A model generated the notes under the pieces. The model saw only the letters and a program-made list of their open reading frames with translations. It did no database searches and had not been told where the DNA came from. Of a stretch of 64,000 nt of DNA, positions 1-9,763 are shown piece by piece (the stretch's first letter is position 1; each line of letters begins with the position of its first letter). This DNA comes from Candidatus Shapirobacteria bacterium (GTDB lineage: Bacteria; Patescibacteriota; Microgenomatia; UM-FILTER-40-11): positions 242,511 through 306,510 of the forward strand of contig JAGVBK010000004.1 of NCBI GenBank assembly GCA_020059745.1, read 5' to 3'. Made by a program: the position numbers and the translations under genes.

Positions 1-11
1 CCAATTGCTTG

Positions 12-40
12 TTGACAAAACAAAGATCATCCACTAAAAT
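12..40 (+). promoter_or_regulatory. sigma70 promoter of rpoB
   Basis: TTGACA(12-17)-17 nt-TAAAAT(35-40). Confidence 0.8.
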
Positions 41-141
41 AGCTTCAAATTAAATAAATTGATAACGGGCGTGTAAGTCCGTTTCTTTTGCTATCGCCAA
101 AAGAGAAGTTTTTGGCGATATTTTTTGGTCATTATCCTTAA

Positions 142-3100
142 ATGAACTCTAAATTAATGAAAATACAAACAAAAGACCGTGTCAATTGGGGTAGAAATTA
201 TTCAGTTTTGCCTCCTTTAGATCTAATTCAGGTTCAAAAAGAGTCTTGGGAATGGTTTAAAAAAGAAGGAATAAAAGAAGCGCTTCGCGAAATTTCACCC
301 ATAGAAGATTTTGCCGGCAAAAACTGGCAGCTTGAGCTTGTTGACTATTCTCTTAGTGAACCAGTAAGAACAATCGAGGAAGCTCAGGAAAAAGGCCTTT
401 CTTACGAAAGATCACTTAAAGTCCAAGCAAGACTTCTTAATAAGCAAACCGGTAAAACAGTTGAGCAAGAAGTATTTTTGGGCGATATTCCGGAAATGAC
501 ACCCCGGGCAACCTTTATTGTTAATGGAATAGAAAGGTGTGTTATTAATCAGGTGGTAAGAGCGCCTGGAGTTTATTTTTCCGGAGAAGTTGATCCTAAC
601 ACCGGAAGGACTCTTTATATGGCTGAAGTAAGGCCGGTAAAAGGTTCTTGGCTTGAGTTTTTTGTAGCAAGAAATGATGTTGTTTCTGTCAGGGTTGACA
701 GACGCAGAAAGTTCCCGGCTACTGTTCTTCTAAGAGCTTTTGGCTTGTCAACTGACGAAGAAATAATTTCTGCTTTTGCTCCTTTGGGCGAGGCTGGCCT
801 CGCTCTTATTGAAAAAACCCTTAAATATGATCCTACTAAGACAAAAGAAGAAGCATTAATTGAAGTTTACAAGAAACTTCGCCCCGGTGAACCGGCAATT
901 TTAGAAAACGCCCAAGAGTTTTTTGTTAATCTTTTTATGAATAATCGGCGTTATGATTTAAGCAAAGTCGGCCGTTATAAGATTAATAACCGTTTAGGAC
1001 TTGACGCAGCAAACGATGAAGACCACTGGACATTAAACCGCGAAGACCTTATTGGTATCGTCACTTATCTTATAAATCTACAAAATGGTAAAGGCGAGGT
1101 TGATGATATTGACCACTTGGCCAACCGGAGAGTAAGAAGAGTTGGCGAGTTGGTTTTGCAAACTGCGGTTAAGGTCGGGCTTTTAAGGCTGGAGAGAATG
1201 ATTAAGGAGAGAATGGCTTTAATGAGTACAGAGGAAAAGTTCATGCCTGGAGCCCTTATTAATGCCAGGCCCTTGATTTCTGCGATTAATGAATTTTACC
1301 GCCAGGGTCAGCTTTCCCAGATTTTAGATCAAACAAACCCTCTTTCAGAGCTTGACAATTTAAGAAGGCTTTCAGTTATGGGTCAGGGCGGCATTACCCG
1401 AGAAAGAGCTTCGTTTTCAATCAGAGACATTAATTCTTCTCAATATAGCCGGATTTGTCCGGTTAGATCCCCTGAAGGACCAAATATTGGCTTGGTTACA
1501 TATCTTTCTTTGTACGCCAGGGTCAATGAGTTTGGCTTTTTAGAGGCTCCTTACAAAAAAGTTGAAAAGACAAAAGTTAACGGCAAAACCAAAGTAAAAG
1601 TTACTGACGAAATTGTTTACCTTCAGGCCGACGAAGAGCGTAATCATTATATTACCCACTCAAGTATTGATATTGACGAAAAAGGCTATATTAGAAGTGA
1701 GCTGGTGCCTGCCAGGTATCTGGGTGACTTTTTAGAAGTTTCCACAGGAATGATTGAGTTCATTGATGTCTGCCCGCAGCAGATTGTTGGCTCTTCGGCT
1801 TCGCTTATTCCTTTTATTGCCAACGATGAACCTAACCGAGCTCTTATGGGTACCCACATGCAGACCCAAGCTGTACCTTTGCTTAATCCAGAAGCGCCGG
1901 TAGTGGGGACAGGAATGGAAGGTCCGGTTTCCTCAGCCATGGGTATGGTGATAAAAGCAAGAAGTAACGGCAAGGTTACTTATGTTGACGCTGAAAAAGT
2001 TGTTATTAAAACCACCGATAAAGCCAAAGAAAAAATTATTGAAGAAAATTATAAAAAAGAAGGCGACCAGGAAACGTACAAAATTGTAAAATTCCAGAGA
2101 ACAAACCCGGTTGGCACCTGCTACTCACAAAAACCATTAGTTTCTGTGGGAGAAGCAGTTAAAAAAGGACAAATAATTATTGACGGACCTGCCAGTGAAG
2201 GTGGAGAGTTGGCTTTGGGAAGAAATTTGCTTATTGCTTATGCGCAGTATGAGGGTTTGGGTTATGAAGATGCTATTGTTATTTCTGAAAGGCTAGTGAA
2301 AGAGGATCTTTTTACCTCAATTTCCATTGAAGAGTATGAGGCTCAGGTTGTTGATACTAAACTTGGACCTGAGGAACTAACCAGAGACATTCCTAATGTC
2401 AGCGAGCAGGATTTGGCGAATTTGGCGGAAGATGGTATTGTTGTTGTCGGAGCTGAAGTTGGCCCAAATGACATTCTTGTTGGAAAAATCGCACCAAAAG
2501 GAGAAACAGAACTTTCTGCCGAAGAGAGGCTTTTAAGAGCGATCTTTGGTGAAAAAGCCAGAGAAGTAAGAGACACTTCCCTAAGAATGCCTCATGGTGA
2601 AAGAGGAATTGTGGTTGGTGTCCAAATTTTAGACAGGGAGAAAAACGATGAGCTTGAACCAGGAGTTAATAAAGTGATTAAGGTCAAGGTTGCCCAGATA
2701 AGGAAGATTTCCGAAGGAGATAAGCTGGCAGGAAGACACGGCAACAAAGGCGTTATCTCAAAAGTAGTGCCCGCTGCGGATATGCCTTATCTTGAAGACG
2801 GCACTCCGGTTGATATTATTATTTCTCCTCTTTCTGTTTTGGCAAGAATGAATTTAGGCCAGCTTTTAGAGGCTCACTTAGGTTGGGCGGCCAAAAAACT
2901 TGGCTACAGAGTAGCGGTTCCTGTTTTTGAGGAATTTACAGAAGAAAGAATGACAGAAGAGATGAAAGAAGCAGGGATTCCTGTCTCGGGTAAGGTAAAA
3001 CTTTATGACGGAAAAACAGGTGATCTTATGGATAACGAAGTCACGGTTGGCATTGCTTATGTTATGAAGCTTATCCATATGGTTGAAGACAAAACTCATG

Positions 3101-3576
3101 CACGGTCAACTGGTCCTTATTCTCTTGTTACCCAACAGCCGCTTGGCGGAAAGGCCCAGATGGGTGGTCAAAGGCTTGGGGAAATGGAGGTTTGGGCTTT
3201 GGAATCACACCAGGCAGCTCATGTTTTACAGGAAATGTTAACTATAAAATCAGATGATGTGGTGGGAAGGGCAAAAGCGTTTGAGGCGGTGGTTAAAGGC
3301 GCTGCAATACCCGAGGCTTCAGTGCCGGAGTCTTTTAATGTTTTGGTAAATGAACTTAAAGCTTTGGGTTTAAATATTATTCCTGAAGGCGTAATTGAAA
3401 AACAAGAAGAGATTGAAGAAGAGGATGAAGAAAAAAGAATTCGGGAAGGGGCAGAAAACCTCGTGGATGCCGGTGCTTCTTTGGAAGTGGAAGTTAATGA
3501 AGAAAATCAGGAGATTGAGGATTTGGTTGAAGCTGATACAGATAATATTGAAACCCAGGAGGAGGCAAACGAGTAA
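142..3576 (+). CDS. rpoB: RNA polymerase beta subunit
   Basis: GDKLAGRHGNKGV, GGQRLGEMEVWALE and SPEGPNIGL motifs. Confidence 0.99.
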   Translation: MNSKLMKIQTKDRVNWGRNYSVLPPLDLIQVQKESWEWFKKEGIKEALREISPIEDFAGKNWQLELVDYSLSEPVRTIEEAQEKGLSYERSLKVQARLLNKQTGKTVEQEVFLGDIPEMTPRATFIVNGIERCVINQVVRAPGVYFSGEVDPNTGRTLYMAEVRPVKGSWLEFFVARNDVVSVRVDRRRKFPATVLLRAFGLSTDEEIISAFAPLGEAGLALIEKTLKYDPTKTKEEALIEVYKKLRPGEPAILENAQEFFVNLFMNNRRYDLSKVGRYKINNRLGLDAANDEDHWTLNREDLIGIVTYLINLQNGKGEVDDIDHLANRRVRRVGELVLQTAVKVGLLRLERMIKERMALMSTEEKFMPGALINARPLISAINEFYRQGQLSQILDQTNPLSELDNLRRLSVMGQGGITRERASFSIRDINSSQYSRICPVRSPEGPNIGLVTYLSLYARVNEFGFLEAPYKKVEKTKVNGKTKVKVTDEIVYLQADEERNHYITHSSIDIDEKGYIRSELVPARYLGDFLEVSTGMIEFIDVCPQQIVGSSASLIPFIANDEPNRALMGTHMQTQAVPLLNPEAPVVGTGMEGPVSSAMGMVIKARSNGKVTYVDAEKVVIKTTDKAKEKIIEENYKKEGDQETYKIVKFQRTNPVGTCYSQKPLVSVGEAVKKGQIIIDGPASEGGELALGRNLLIAYAQYEGLGYEDAIVISERLVKEDLFTSISIEEYEAQVVDTKLGPEELTRDIPNVSEQDLANLAEDGIVVVGAEVGPNDILVGKIAPKGETELSAEERLLRAIFGEKAREVRDTSLRMPHGERGIVVGVQILDREKNDELEPGVNKVIKVKVAQIRKISEGDKLAGRHGNKGVISKVVPAADMPYLEDGTPVDIIISPLSVLARMNLGQLLEAHLGWAAKKLGYRVAVPVFEEFTEERMTEEMKEAGIPVSGKVKLYDGKTGDLMDNEVTVGIAYVMKLIHMVEDKTHARSTGPYSLVTQQPLGGKAQMGGQRLGEMEVWALESHQAAHVLQEMLTIKSDDVVGRAKAFEAVVKGAAIPEASVPESFNVLVNELKALGLNIIPEGVIEKQEEIEEEDEEKRIREGAENLVDAGASLEVEVNEENQEIEDLVEADTDNIETQEEANE

Positions 3577-3591
3577 CAAGCCTTAAAAAAT

Positions 3592-6500
3592 ATGATAAAA
3601 GGAATTGCAGATTTTAAATCATTAACCATTAAAGTTGCCTCTCCGGAGGAAATTCACGCTTGGTCGCACGGCGAAGTTACCAAGCCGGAGACAATTAATT
3701 ATAGAACCCTAAAACCGGAAAAAGATGGTCTTTTTTGCGAAAGAATTTTTGGTCCGACAAAAGACTGGGAATGCTACTGCGGAAAGTATAAAAGAATCAG
3801 ATATAGGGGGATTGTTTGTGATAAATGCGGCGTTGAGGTTACTCTTTCCCGCGTCAGAAGAGAAAGAATGGGACATATTGACCTTGCTACCCCGGTTGCT
3901 CATGTTTGGTATTTCCGGGGTATCCCTTCAAGGCTTTCAATTCTTCTTGACATTCCGGCAAAGAGCCTGGAGACAGTAGTTTATTTTGCTCAGTATTTAG
4001 TTACCGAAGTTGAAGAAGACAAAAGAAAAGAAGCCCTGGAAAAATTGGCTGAAAACTATAGGGAAAAAGAGGAATTAGTGCAAAAAGAGACAGAAGAGAG
4101 AACAGCACAACTTAAAAAAGATTATGAAAAAGACAAAGAATCTCTTAAAGAAAAAATTCAAAACAAAGAAGCTTACTCTTTAGCAGAAAAAGAACTTGAG
4201 CTTACCAGAAAACAAAAGGAAAAGTGGATTGAAGACAGGGCTAATACTGAACTGGCAAAATTAAAAGAAGAGCTTTCAATTCTCAGTGACAGAGTTAAAG
4301 GATTAAGAGAACTTTCTGTCATTTCTGAAGAAGACTATCTAAAGCTAAGAGATGTTAATGCCGCTGGATTTTTCAAGGTGGGAATGGGAGCGGAAAGTAT
4401 TCTTGAAGTAATAAAAAAGATAAATATTGAAAAGTTGGCCGAGGAACTTAAGGAAGAAGTAAAGTCCTCTTCCGGCCAAAGACATATTAAAGCAGTCAAA
4501 AGATTAAGGTTGGTTGAGGGAATGCTTAGGTCAAGCCAAAGTCCTTCCAGCCTTATTTTAACTGTTTTGCCTGTTATTCCGCCTGATCTTAGGCCTATGG
4601 TCCAGTTAACTGGCGGCAGGTTTGCTACCAGCGACTTAAACGATCTTTACAGAAGAGTAATTAACAGAAATAACCGTCTTAAGCATTTAATTGACCTTGG
4701 TGCACCGGAAATTATTTTGAGAAACGAAAAAAGAATGCTTCAGGAAGCAGTTGATTCTTTAATTGATTCAAACAAAAGCGTCAGGGAAAGAAGAGCCAGG
4801 AGAACTCCAACCTTAAGGTCTCTTTCCGACATGTTAAGAGGAAAACAGGGAAGATTTAGACAAAATCTTTTAGGAAAAAGAGTTGACTATTCAGGCAGAT
4901 CAGTAATTGTGGTTGGTCCTGAGCTTAATTTAAACCAGTGCGGTTTGCCTAAAGAGATGGCTTTGGAAATGTTTAAGCCCTTTGTTTTAAGGGAAATGAT
5001 TGTTAGAGGTGTTGCTCCTAATGTAAAAAGCGCCAAAAATATTCTTGAAAGAAGACCGCCTGAAGTTTTTGATATTCTTGAAGAGATTACCAAAGACCAC
5101 CCAATACTTCTTAACCGAGCGCCGACCTTGCACAAACTCGGTATTCAGGCTTTCTACCCGATACTGATTGAAGGTAGTGCCCTAAGGCTTCACCCTTGTG
5201 TTTGCCAGGGGTATAATGCTGACTTTGACGGCGACCAGATGGCAGTTCATGTTCCTTTATCGCAAAAGGCAAGAAGTGAAGCTATTAATTTAATGATGCC
5301 GGCCCACAACATGTTAAGGCCGGCTGACGGTACGCCAATAAACGCGCCGGACAGAAAAGAAATGGCTTTAGGGACTTACTATTTAACCTCACTTGACCCT
5401 ACCTTAAAAGCAAAGGAAAAGGTTTTCTTGCCGGAAGAAGCGATCACTGCTTACCAGTCAGGAAAAATCAAAGGTAGAGAGCCGGTTAAGGTGAGATTGC
5501 CAAATGCAGAAGTTGTGGAAACCTCTGTGGGGAGAATTTTCTTTAATGAGGCTTTACCGGAATGCTTAAGATTTGTTAACACCGCTGTAAAGCAAAGTAC
5601 TATTAAGGAAATCTTTACCAAAGCCATGAAAGTTTGTACTCACGAGGAAGTGGTAATGCTTATTGACAACCTTAAAAACTTTGGTTTCTTTGGCGGTAGC
5701 GTATCTGGAATCTCTCTTTCCATTAAAGATTGTGAAATGAGCCCGGAAAAAGACGAGATTATTAAAGCCGCAGAAAAACGGGTGGCTGAGATTGAAGATA
5801 CCTACAGGCAGGGATTAATTACCCTTGAAGAGGAAAAAAGACTTATCAGGGGAATTTGGATGGAGACAACCGAAGAACTGGCTGATAAAACCTGGGATAT
5901 TATTGGCGAAACAAACCCGATAAGGCTTGTTATTGACGCTCGTGTCGGCCGTGTTTCCCGGGATACGATCAAGCAGATTTCAGCAATGAGAGGTTTAGTG
6001 GTTGATCCGATGGGAAGAATCGTTGACCTGCCAACTAAAAGCAACTTCAGACAAGGACTTTCCGTTTTTGAGTATGTAACCACAACCAGAGGTTCAAGAA
6101 AAGGTCTTACAGATTCCGCTTTAAAGACCTCTGACGCTGGTTACTTAACCAGAAAGCTGGTCGATGTTTCACACGAGGCAATTATCAGGGAGGAAGACTG
6201 CGGTACCAAGGATGGCGTTGAGATTACTAAAGAAGGTCTTAGAGGCAAGGCCTTTGGTGCCAGAATTTTAGGAAGATTTACGGCTGAGCCGGTTATTGAT
6301 CCAAAGACCAAAAAGACACTTGTCGAAAGAAATGAGGAAATTGATGAAGAAAAGGCAAAACAACTTGAAGAAAACGCAGCAATTACCAAGGTGGTAGTTC
6401 GCTCACCGCTTACCTGTGAGGCTCGTTATGGTCTTTGTGTTAAATGCTATGGTTGGAGCTTTGCAAACAGAGCAACAGTTAAGCTTGGTGTGCCGGTCGG

Positions 6501-7362
6501 AGTTTTGGCGGCCCAATCAATCGGTGAGCCGGGAACTCAACTTACTTTAAGAACCAAGCACACAGCCGGTGTTGTTGGCTTGGATGTGACCCAAGGTTTG
6601 CCTAGGGTGACTGAGCTTTTTGAAATAAGAACTCCAAAAATTGTATCTCCTTTGGCAGAGATTTCCGGAAAGGTTCAGATAGTTTCTGAAGAAGGTGGTT
6701 ATAAAATTATCGTTAAAGAAGGCAAAAAAGACGGTGAAGTCAGGGAATACGTTGTTCCTTTAACGAGTACGCTTAAGGTTGAAGACGGCGAAGAAGTTTT
6801 AGCCGGTACTCAGCTTGCCTCAGGGGCTCTTGAGGTAAGAAATATTCTTGATGTCAGGGGTCTCAGGGAAGCTCAAAAATACCTGGTTGATGAAATTCAA
6901 GCGGTTTATGAATCGCAGGGAATTCCGATTAATGACAGGCATTTTGAGACAATAGTGAGAATGATGAGCGAAAATGTAAGGATTAAAAATCCGGGTGACA
7001 CCTCTTTCCTTCCGGGCGACTTAGTTAACAAAAGAAGGCTTGAAGCGGAAAACAGTGTTATTCGGGAAAACAATGGCAATCCAGCCACAGCTGAGCAGAT
7101 AATTTTGGGAATTACCAGAGCAGCCTTGTTTACCGAATCATGGCTTTCAGCTGCTTCGTTTCAGGAAACAAGCAACATTCTTGCTGACGCTGCCATGATT
7201 GGCAAAAAGGATGACCTCTTAGGCTTAAAAGAGAATGTTATTATTGGTAGGCTCATTCCTGTTTCTCCTGAACGGGCGAAAATTCCGGTTAGAGAAGAGG
7301 CGGTGCCAGAAGAAGAAATAGCTGAAACAGTCCCCGCTGCTCCGGGAGGCGTTAAAATTTAA
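3592..7362 (+). CDS. rpoC: RNA polymerase beta' subunit
   Basis: NADFDGDQMAVH catalytic motif; N-terminal Zn finger CYCGKYK...CDKC. Confidence 0.99.
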   Translation: MIKGIADFKSLTIKVASPEEIHAWSHGEVTKPETINYRTLKPEKDGLFCERIFGPTKDWECYCGKYKRIRYRGIVCDKCGVEVTLSRVRRERMGHIDLATPVAHVWYFRGIPSRLSILLDIPAKSLETVVYFAQYLVTEVEEDKRKEALEKLAENYREKEELVQKETEERTAQLKKDYEKDKESLKEKIQNKEAYSLAEKELELTRKQKEKWIEDRANTELAKLKEELSILSDRVKGLRELSVISEEDYLKLRDVNAAGFFKVGMGAESILEVIKKINIEKLAEELKEEVKSSSGQRHIKAVKRLRLVEGMLRSSQSPSSLILTVLPVIPPDLRPMVQLTGGRFATSDLNDLYRRVINRNNRLKHLIDLGAPEIILRNEKRMLQEAVDSLIDSNKSVRERRARRTPTLRSLSDMLRGKQGRFRQNLLGKRVDYSGRSVIVVGPELNLNQCGLPKEMALEMFKPFVLREMIVRGVAPNVKSAKNILERRPPEVFDILEEITKDHPILLNRAPTLHKLGIQAFYPILIEGSALRLHPCVCQGYNADFDGDQMAVHVPLSQKARSEAINLMMPAHNMLRPADGTPINAPDRKEMALGTYYLTSLDPTLKAKEKVFLPEEAITAYQSGKIKGREPVKVRLPNAEVVETSVGRIFFNEALPECLRFVNTAVKQSTIKEIFTKAMKVCTHEEVVMLIDNLKNFGFFGGSVSGISLSIKDCEMSPEKDEIIKAAEKRVAEIEDTYRQGLITLEEEKRLIRGIWMETTEELADKTWDIIGETNPIRLVIDARVGRVSRDTIKQISAMRGLVVDPMGRIVDLPTKSNFRQGLSVFEYVTTTRGSRKGLTDSALKTSDAGYLTRKLVDVSHEAIIREEDCGTKDGVEITKEGLRGKAFGARILGRFTAEPVIDPKTKKTLVERNEEIDEEKAKQLEENAAITKVVVRSPLTCEARYGLCVKCYGWSFANRATVKLGVPVGVLAAQSIGEPGTQLTLRTKHTAGVVGLDVTQGLPRVTELFEIRTPKIVSPLAEISGKVQIVSEEGGYKIIVKEGKKDGEVREYVVPLTSTLKVEDGEEVLAGTQLASGALEVRNILDVRGLREAQKYLVDEIQAVYESQGIPINDRHFETIVRMMSENVRIKNPGDTSFLPGDLVNKRRLEAENSVIRENNGNPATAEQIILGITRAALFTESWLSAASFQETSNILADAAMIGKKDDLLGLKENVIIGRLIPVSPERAKIPVREEAVPEEEIAETVPAAPGGVKI

Positions 7363-7364
7363 CC

Positions 7365-7393
7365 TTGAGCCTGAGGCTGAAATTTGATAAAAT
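7365..7393 (+). promoter_or_regulatory. rpsL promoter, probably leaderless transcript
   Basis: TTGAGC-17 nt-TAAAAT (extended TGn), 6 nt before ATG 7400. Confidence 0.6.
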
Positions 7394-7399
7394 AGACCT

Positions 7400-7813
7400 A
7401 TGCCAACGATATCACAACTTATCAGAAAAGGAAGAAAAAAGTTGCCAAAAAAAGTAAAGGCAACAGCTTTAAGACGCTCGTTTAACTCAAGAACAAGAAG
7501 AATGAACGAGTCAACAAATCCTCAAAAAAGGGGTGTAGTAACTTTGGTCAAAACAATGACTCCCAAAAAGCCGAACTCAGCTTTAAGAAAAGTAGCCAGG
7601 GTCAGGCTTTCCAACAAACAGGAAGTTACTGCCTATATTCAAGGAATTGGTCATGATATTTCCGAACATGGTATTGTCCTAATCAAAGGGGGTAGAGTCA
7701 GAGATTTGCCGGGAGTTAAATATCATGTTGTTAGAGGTAAATTTGACGCCGGTGGTGTTGTCGGCAGAAAAAGCAGTCGTTCAAAATACGGAACCAAAGG
7801 CGGAGGCGCATAA
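7400..7813 (+). CDS. rpsL: 30S ribosomal protein S12
   Basis: [25 protein letters not shown]. Confidence 0.99.
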   Translation: MPTISQLIRKGRKKLPKKVKATALRRSFNSRTRRMNESTNPQKRGVVTLVKTMTPKKPNSALRKVARVRLSNKQEVTAYIQGIGHDISEHGIVLIKGGRVRDLPGVKYHVVRGKFDAGGVVGRKSSRSKYGTKGGGA

Positions 7814-8292
7814 TGGCTAGATCAGGAACAATTAAAAAAAGAGAAATTCAACCAGATCCGATTTATAATGACAAGCTTCTTGCTAAATTTATAAACAGGG
7901 TAATGCGTAGTGGTAAAAAAACCATAGCAGAAAAGCAGATTTACGACTCTCTTGAAATGATAAAAGAAAAAACAAACCAGGATCCTTTGCTTGTTTTTCG
8001 TCAAGCGGTTGATAATGTTAAACCTCAAATGGAAGTTCGCTCAAGAAGAGTTGGCGGTGCGGCCTACCAGGTTCCAATGTCGGTGAGGGGCGAAAGAAAA
8101 GAATCTTTAGCCATTCGCTGGATAATTTTGTCTGCTCAGAAAAAATCAAACTCTGAGTTTCATACTTTTGCTGAAAAACTGGCCGCAGAATTGATTGACG
8201 CCTATAATAATCAAGGCGGAGCAATCAAGAAAAAAGAAGACACTCACCGCATGGCAGAAGCCAACAAGGCTTTTGCCCACTTCAGGTGGTAA
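7813..8292 (+). CDS. rpsG: 30S ribosomal protein S7
   Basis: [24 protein letters not shown]. Confidence 0.99.
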   Translation: MARSGTIKKREIQPDPIYNDKLLAKFINRVMRSGKKTIAEKQIYDSLEMIKEKTNQDPLLVFRQAVDNVKPQMEVRSRRVGGAAYQVPMSVRGERKESLAIRWIILSAQKKSNSEFHTFAEKLAAELIDAYNNQGGAIKKKEDTHRMAEANKAFAHFRW

Positions 8293-8372
8293 ACCCCAAA
8301 TCTTTGAACCTTTTAGCTGTTTAATAAAGCGAAGTTTTTATTTATTATTAGGATTTGCAAATTTATATTTTC

Positions 8373-8810
8373 ATGGAAAATTGGCAAATAATAGCATTGT
8401 CTTTGGGTCTGTTTTCGCTGATGGGTTTTGTTAAAGGTCTTTTAGAAGCTAAAAAGAACAATTCATTTTGTTCAGCCGGAGTATTTAATCTCATTGGCGC
8501 TTTTGTTTGGGCTGATGCAGTTGTCTTTGGACTATTTTTCTTTTTCTTTTCTTTGGTTTCAATAGTGCTTAACGATTTCATTCTTTTTTTACTGGGGATT
8601 TCCTTATTTTGGCTGGTGAGAAGCGTTGGTGAGACAGTTTACTGGTTAAATCAGCAGTTTTCCGATCTTAAGCATAATCCGCCGGAAAGGTTTTTAATTT
8701 ATAAATTTTTTAAAAACGACTCGGTATGGATTATCTACCAAATATTTTGGCAGTGCTTGACTGTCGTCTTTCTTTTATCCTCAATTTATCTCGTTAAGCT
8801 TTGGTTTTAA
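8373..8810 (+). CDS. hypothetical integral membrane protein (~4 TM)
   Basis: Hydrophobic ORF; ATG 8373 preferred over TTG 8355. Confidence 0.75.
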   Translation: MENWQIIALSLGLFSLMGFVKGLLEAKKNNSFCSAGVFNLIGAFVWADAVVFGLFFFFFSLVSIVLNDFILFLLGISLFWLVRSVGETVYWLNQQFSDLKHNPPERFLIYKFFKNDSVWIIYQIFWQCLTVVFLLSSIYLVKLWF

Positions 8811-8818
8811 GAGAGAAT

Positions 8819-9754
8819 TTAAGCTTTAAAAATTGTTTTTCCTGACGGACAGTAAAAATGTTCCAAACCATCGAAAGTTCCGGGGATTGGTTCCAGCCCA
8901 TCTTTGGTTCTGGCAAACAAAGGCAGTTTAGTTAACCAGACAAAAGGAATACTGTCAATCTCTTTTACTGGTGAGCCTTCATTAAGAACAGTAGCAATTC
9001 CCGCTACCTCAAGGTTAAATTGTTTCAGAAGGGCAACCGCACTGTTTATTGTTCCCTCTGTCAGTCTGGCATCATCAACCAGAAGAACTTTTTGTTTTCT
9101 TCTTGCCATTTCTTCGGCGATTTTGGGGTCCAAGTAAAGTTTTTGCCTTGAGCCAGTGTGTGAAGTGCCTGAATTTACTTTAACTCCTGATTCTTCGCTA
9201 ATCCAAGGTTTAGGCGAGCCGACTTTCAGGTTTCCCTTTTTATCAAGGCCGGCTTTACCTTTTTGAATTGAAGTAAGATAAACAGGCTTTCCTTCTGCTG
9301 ATCTTAAACGGGCAATCTCTTGGGAAAGTTTTGAGCCAAGGCTGTCCGGAGCAACAACAGCATCAAATTCAATCTCTCTTTTTTCAACCTGGTTAAGAAT
9401 TTCCCTGCCCATTTGCTCAAGGTCATTTTGATACCTCTCGTTTGTCATAAGAAGGGCAATTCTTACTTGATTATCTAGCAAATCTGCCTGAAAGTTGGGG
9501 TTAACATCTTGCGGTGTTAAGGCCGTTGGTTCAAATCTTAGCTCTAAAATTAAAGGGTTATCTTCAGCACCAATATTGGCAAAATAAAAATCTCCGGTAA
9601 AAGCCAGCCTATTTTTGCCGGCTGGTTCTTTTATGAAAGTCATTTGTTCCGAAATTTCTCTGTCGAGAAAATGAGCAAGGATTCTTTCCCGCGGGATCGA
9701 AATCCTTTCTCTGCTAAAGCCTGTTTCGGAACTTGTTTTTGGTCTTTCTGACAT
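8819..9754 (-). CDS. divergent type I phosphoribosyltransferase (APRT-like) with N-terminal extension
   Basis: PRPP-loop-like VLLVDDARLTEGT; similar layout to the PRT at 13334. Confidence 0.8.
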   Translation of the reverse strand: MSERPKTSSETGFSRERISIPRERILAHFLDREISEQMTFIKEPAGKNRLAFTGDFYFANIGAEDNPLILELRFEPTALTPQDVNPNFQADLLDNQVRIALLMTNERYQNDLEQMGREILNQVEKREIEFDAVVAPDSLGSKLSQEIARLRSAEGKPVYLTSIQKGKAGLDKKGNLKVGSPKPWISEESGVKVNSGTSHTGSRQKLYLDPKIAEEMARRKQKVLLVDDARLTEGTINSAVALLKQFNLEVAGIATVLNEGSPVKEIDSIPFVWLTKLPLFARTKDGLEPIPGTFDGLEHFYCPSGKTIFKA

Positions 9755-9763
9755 ATGCCTCCT

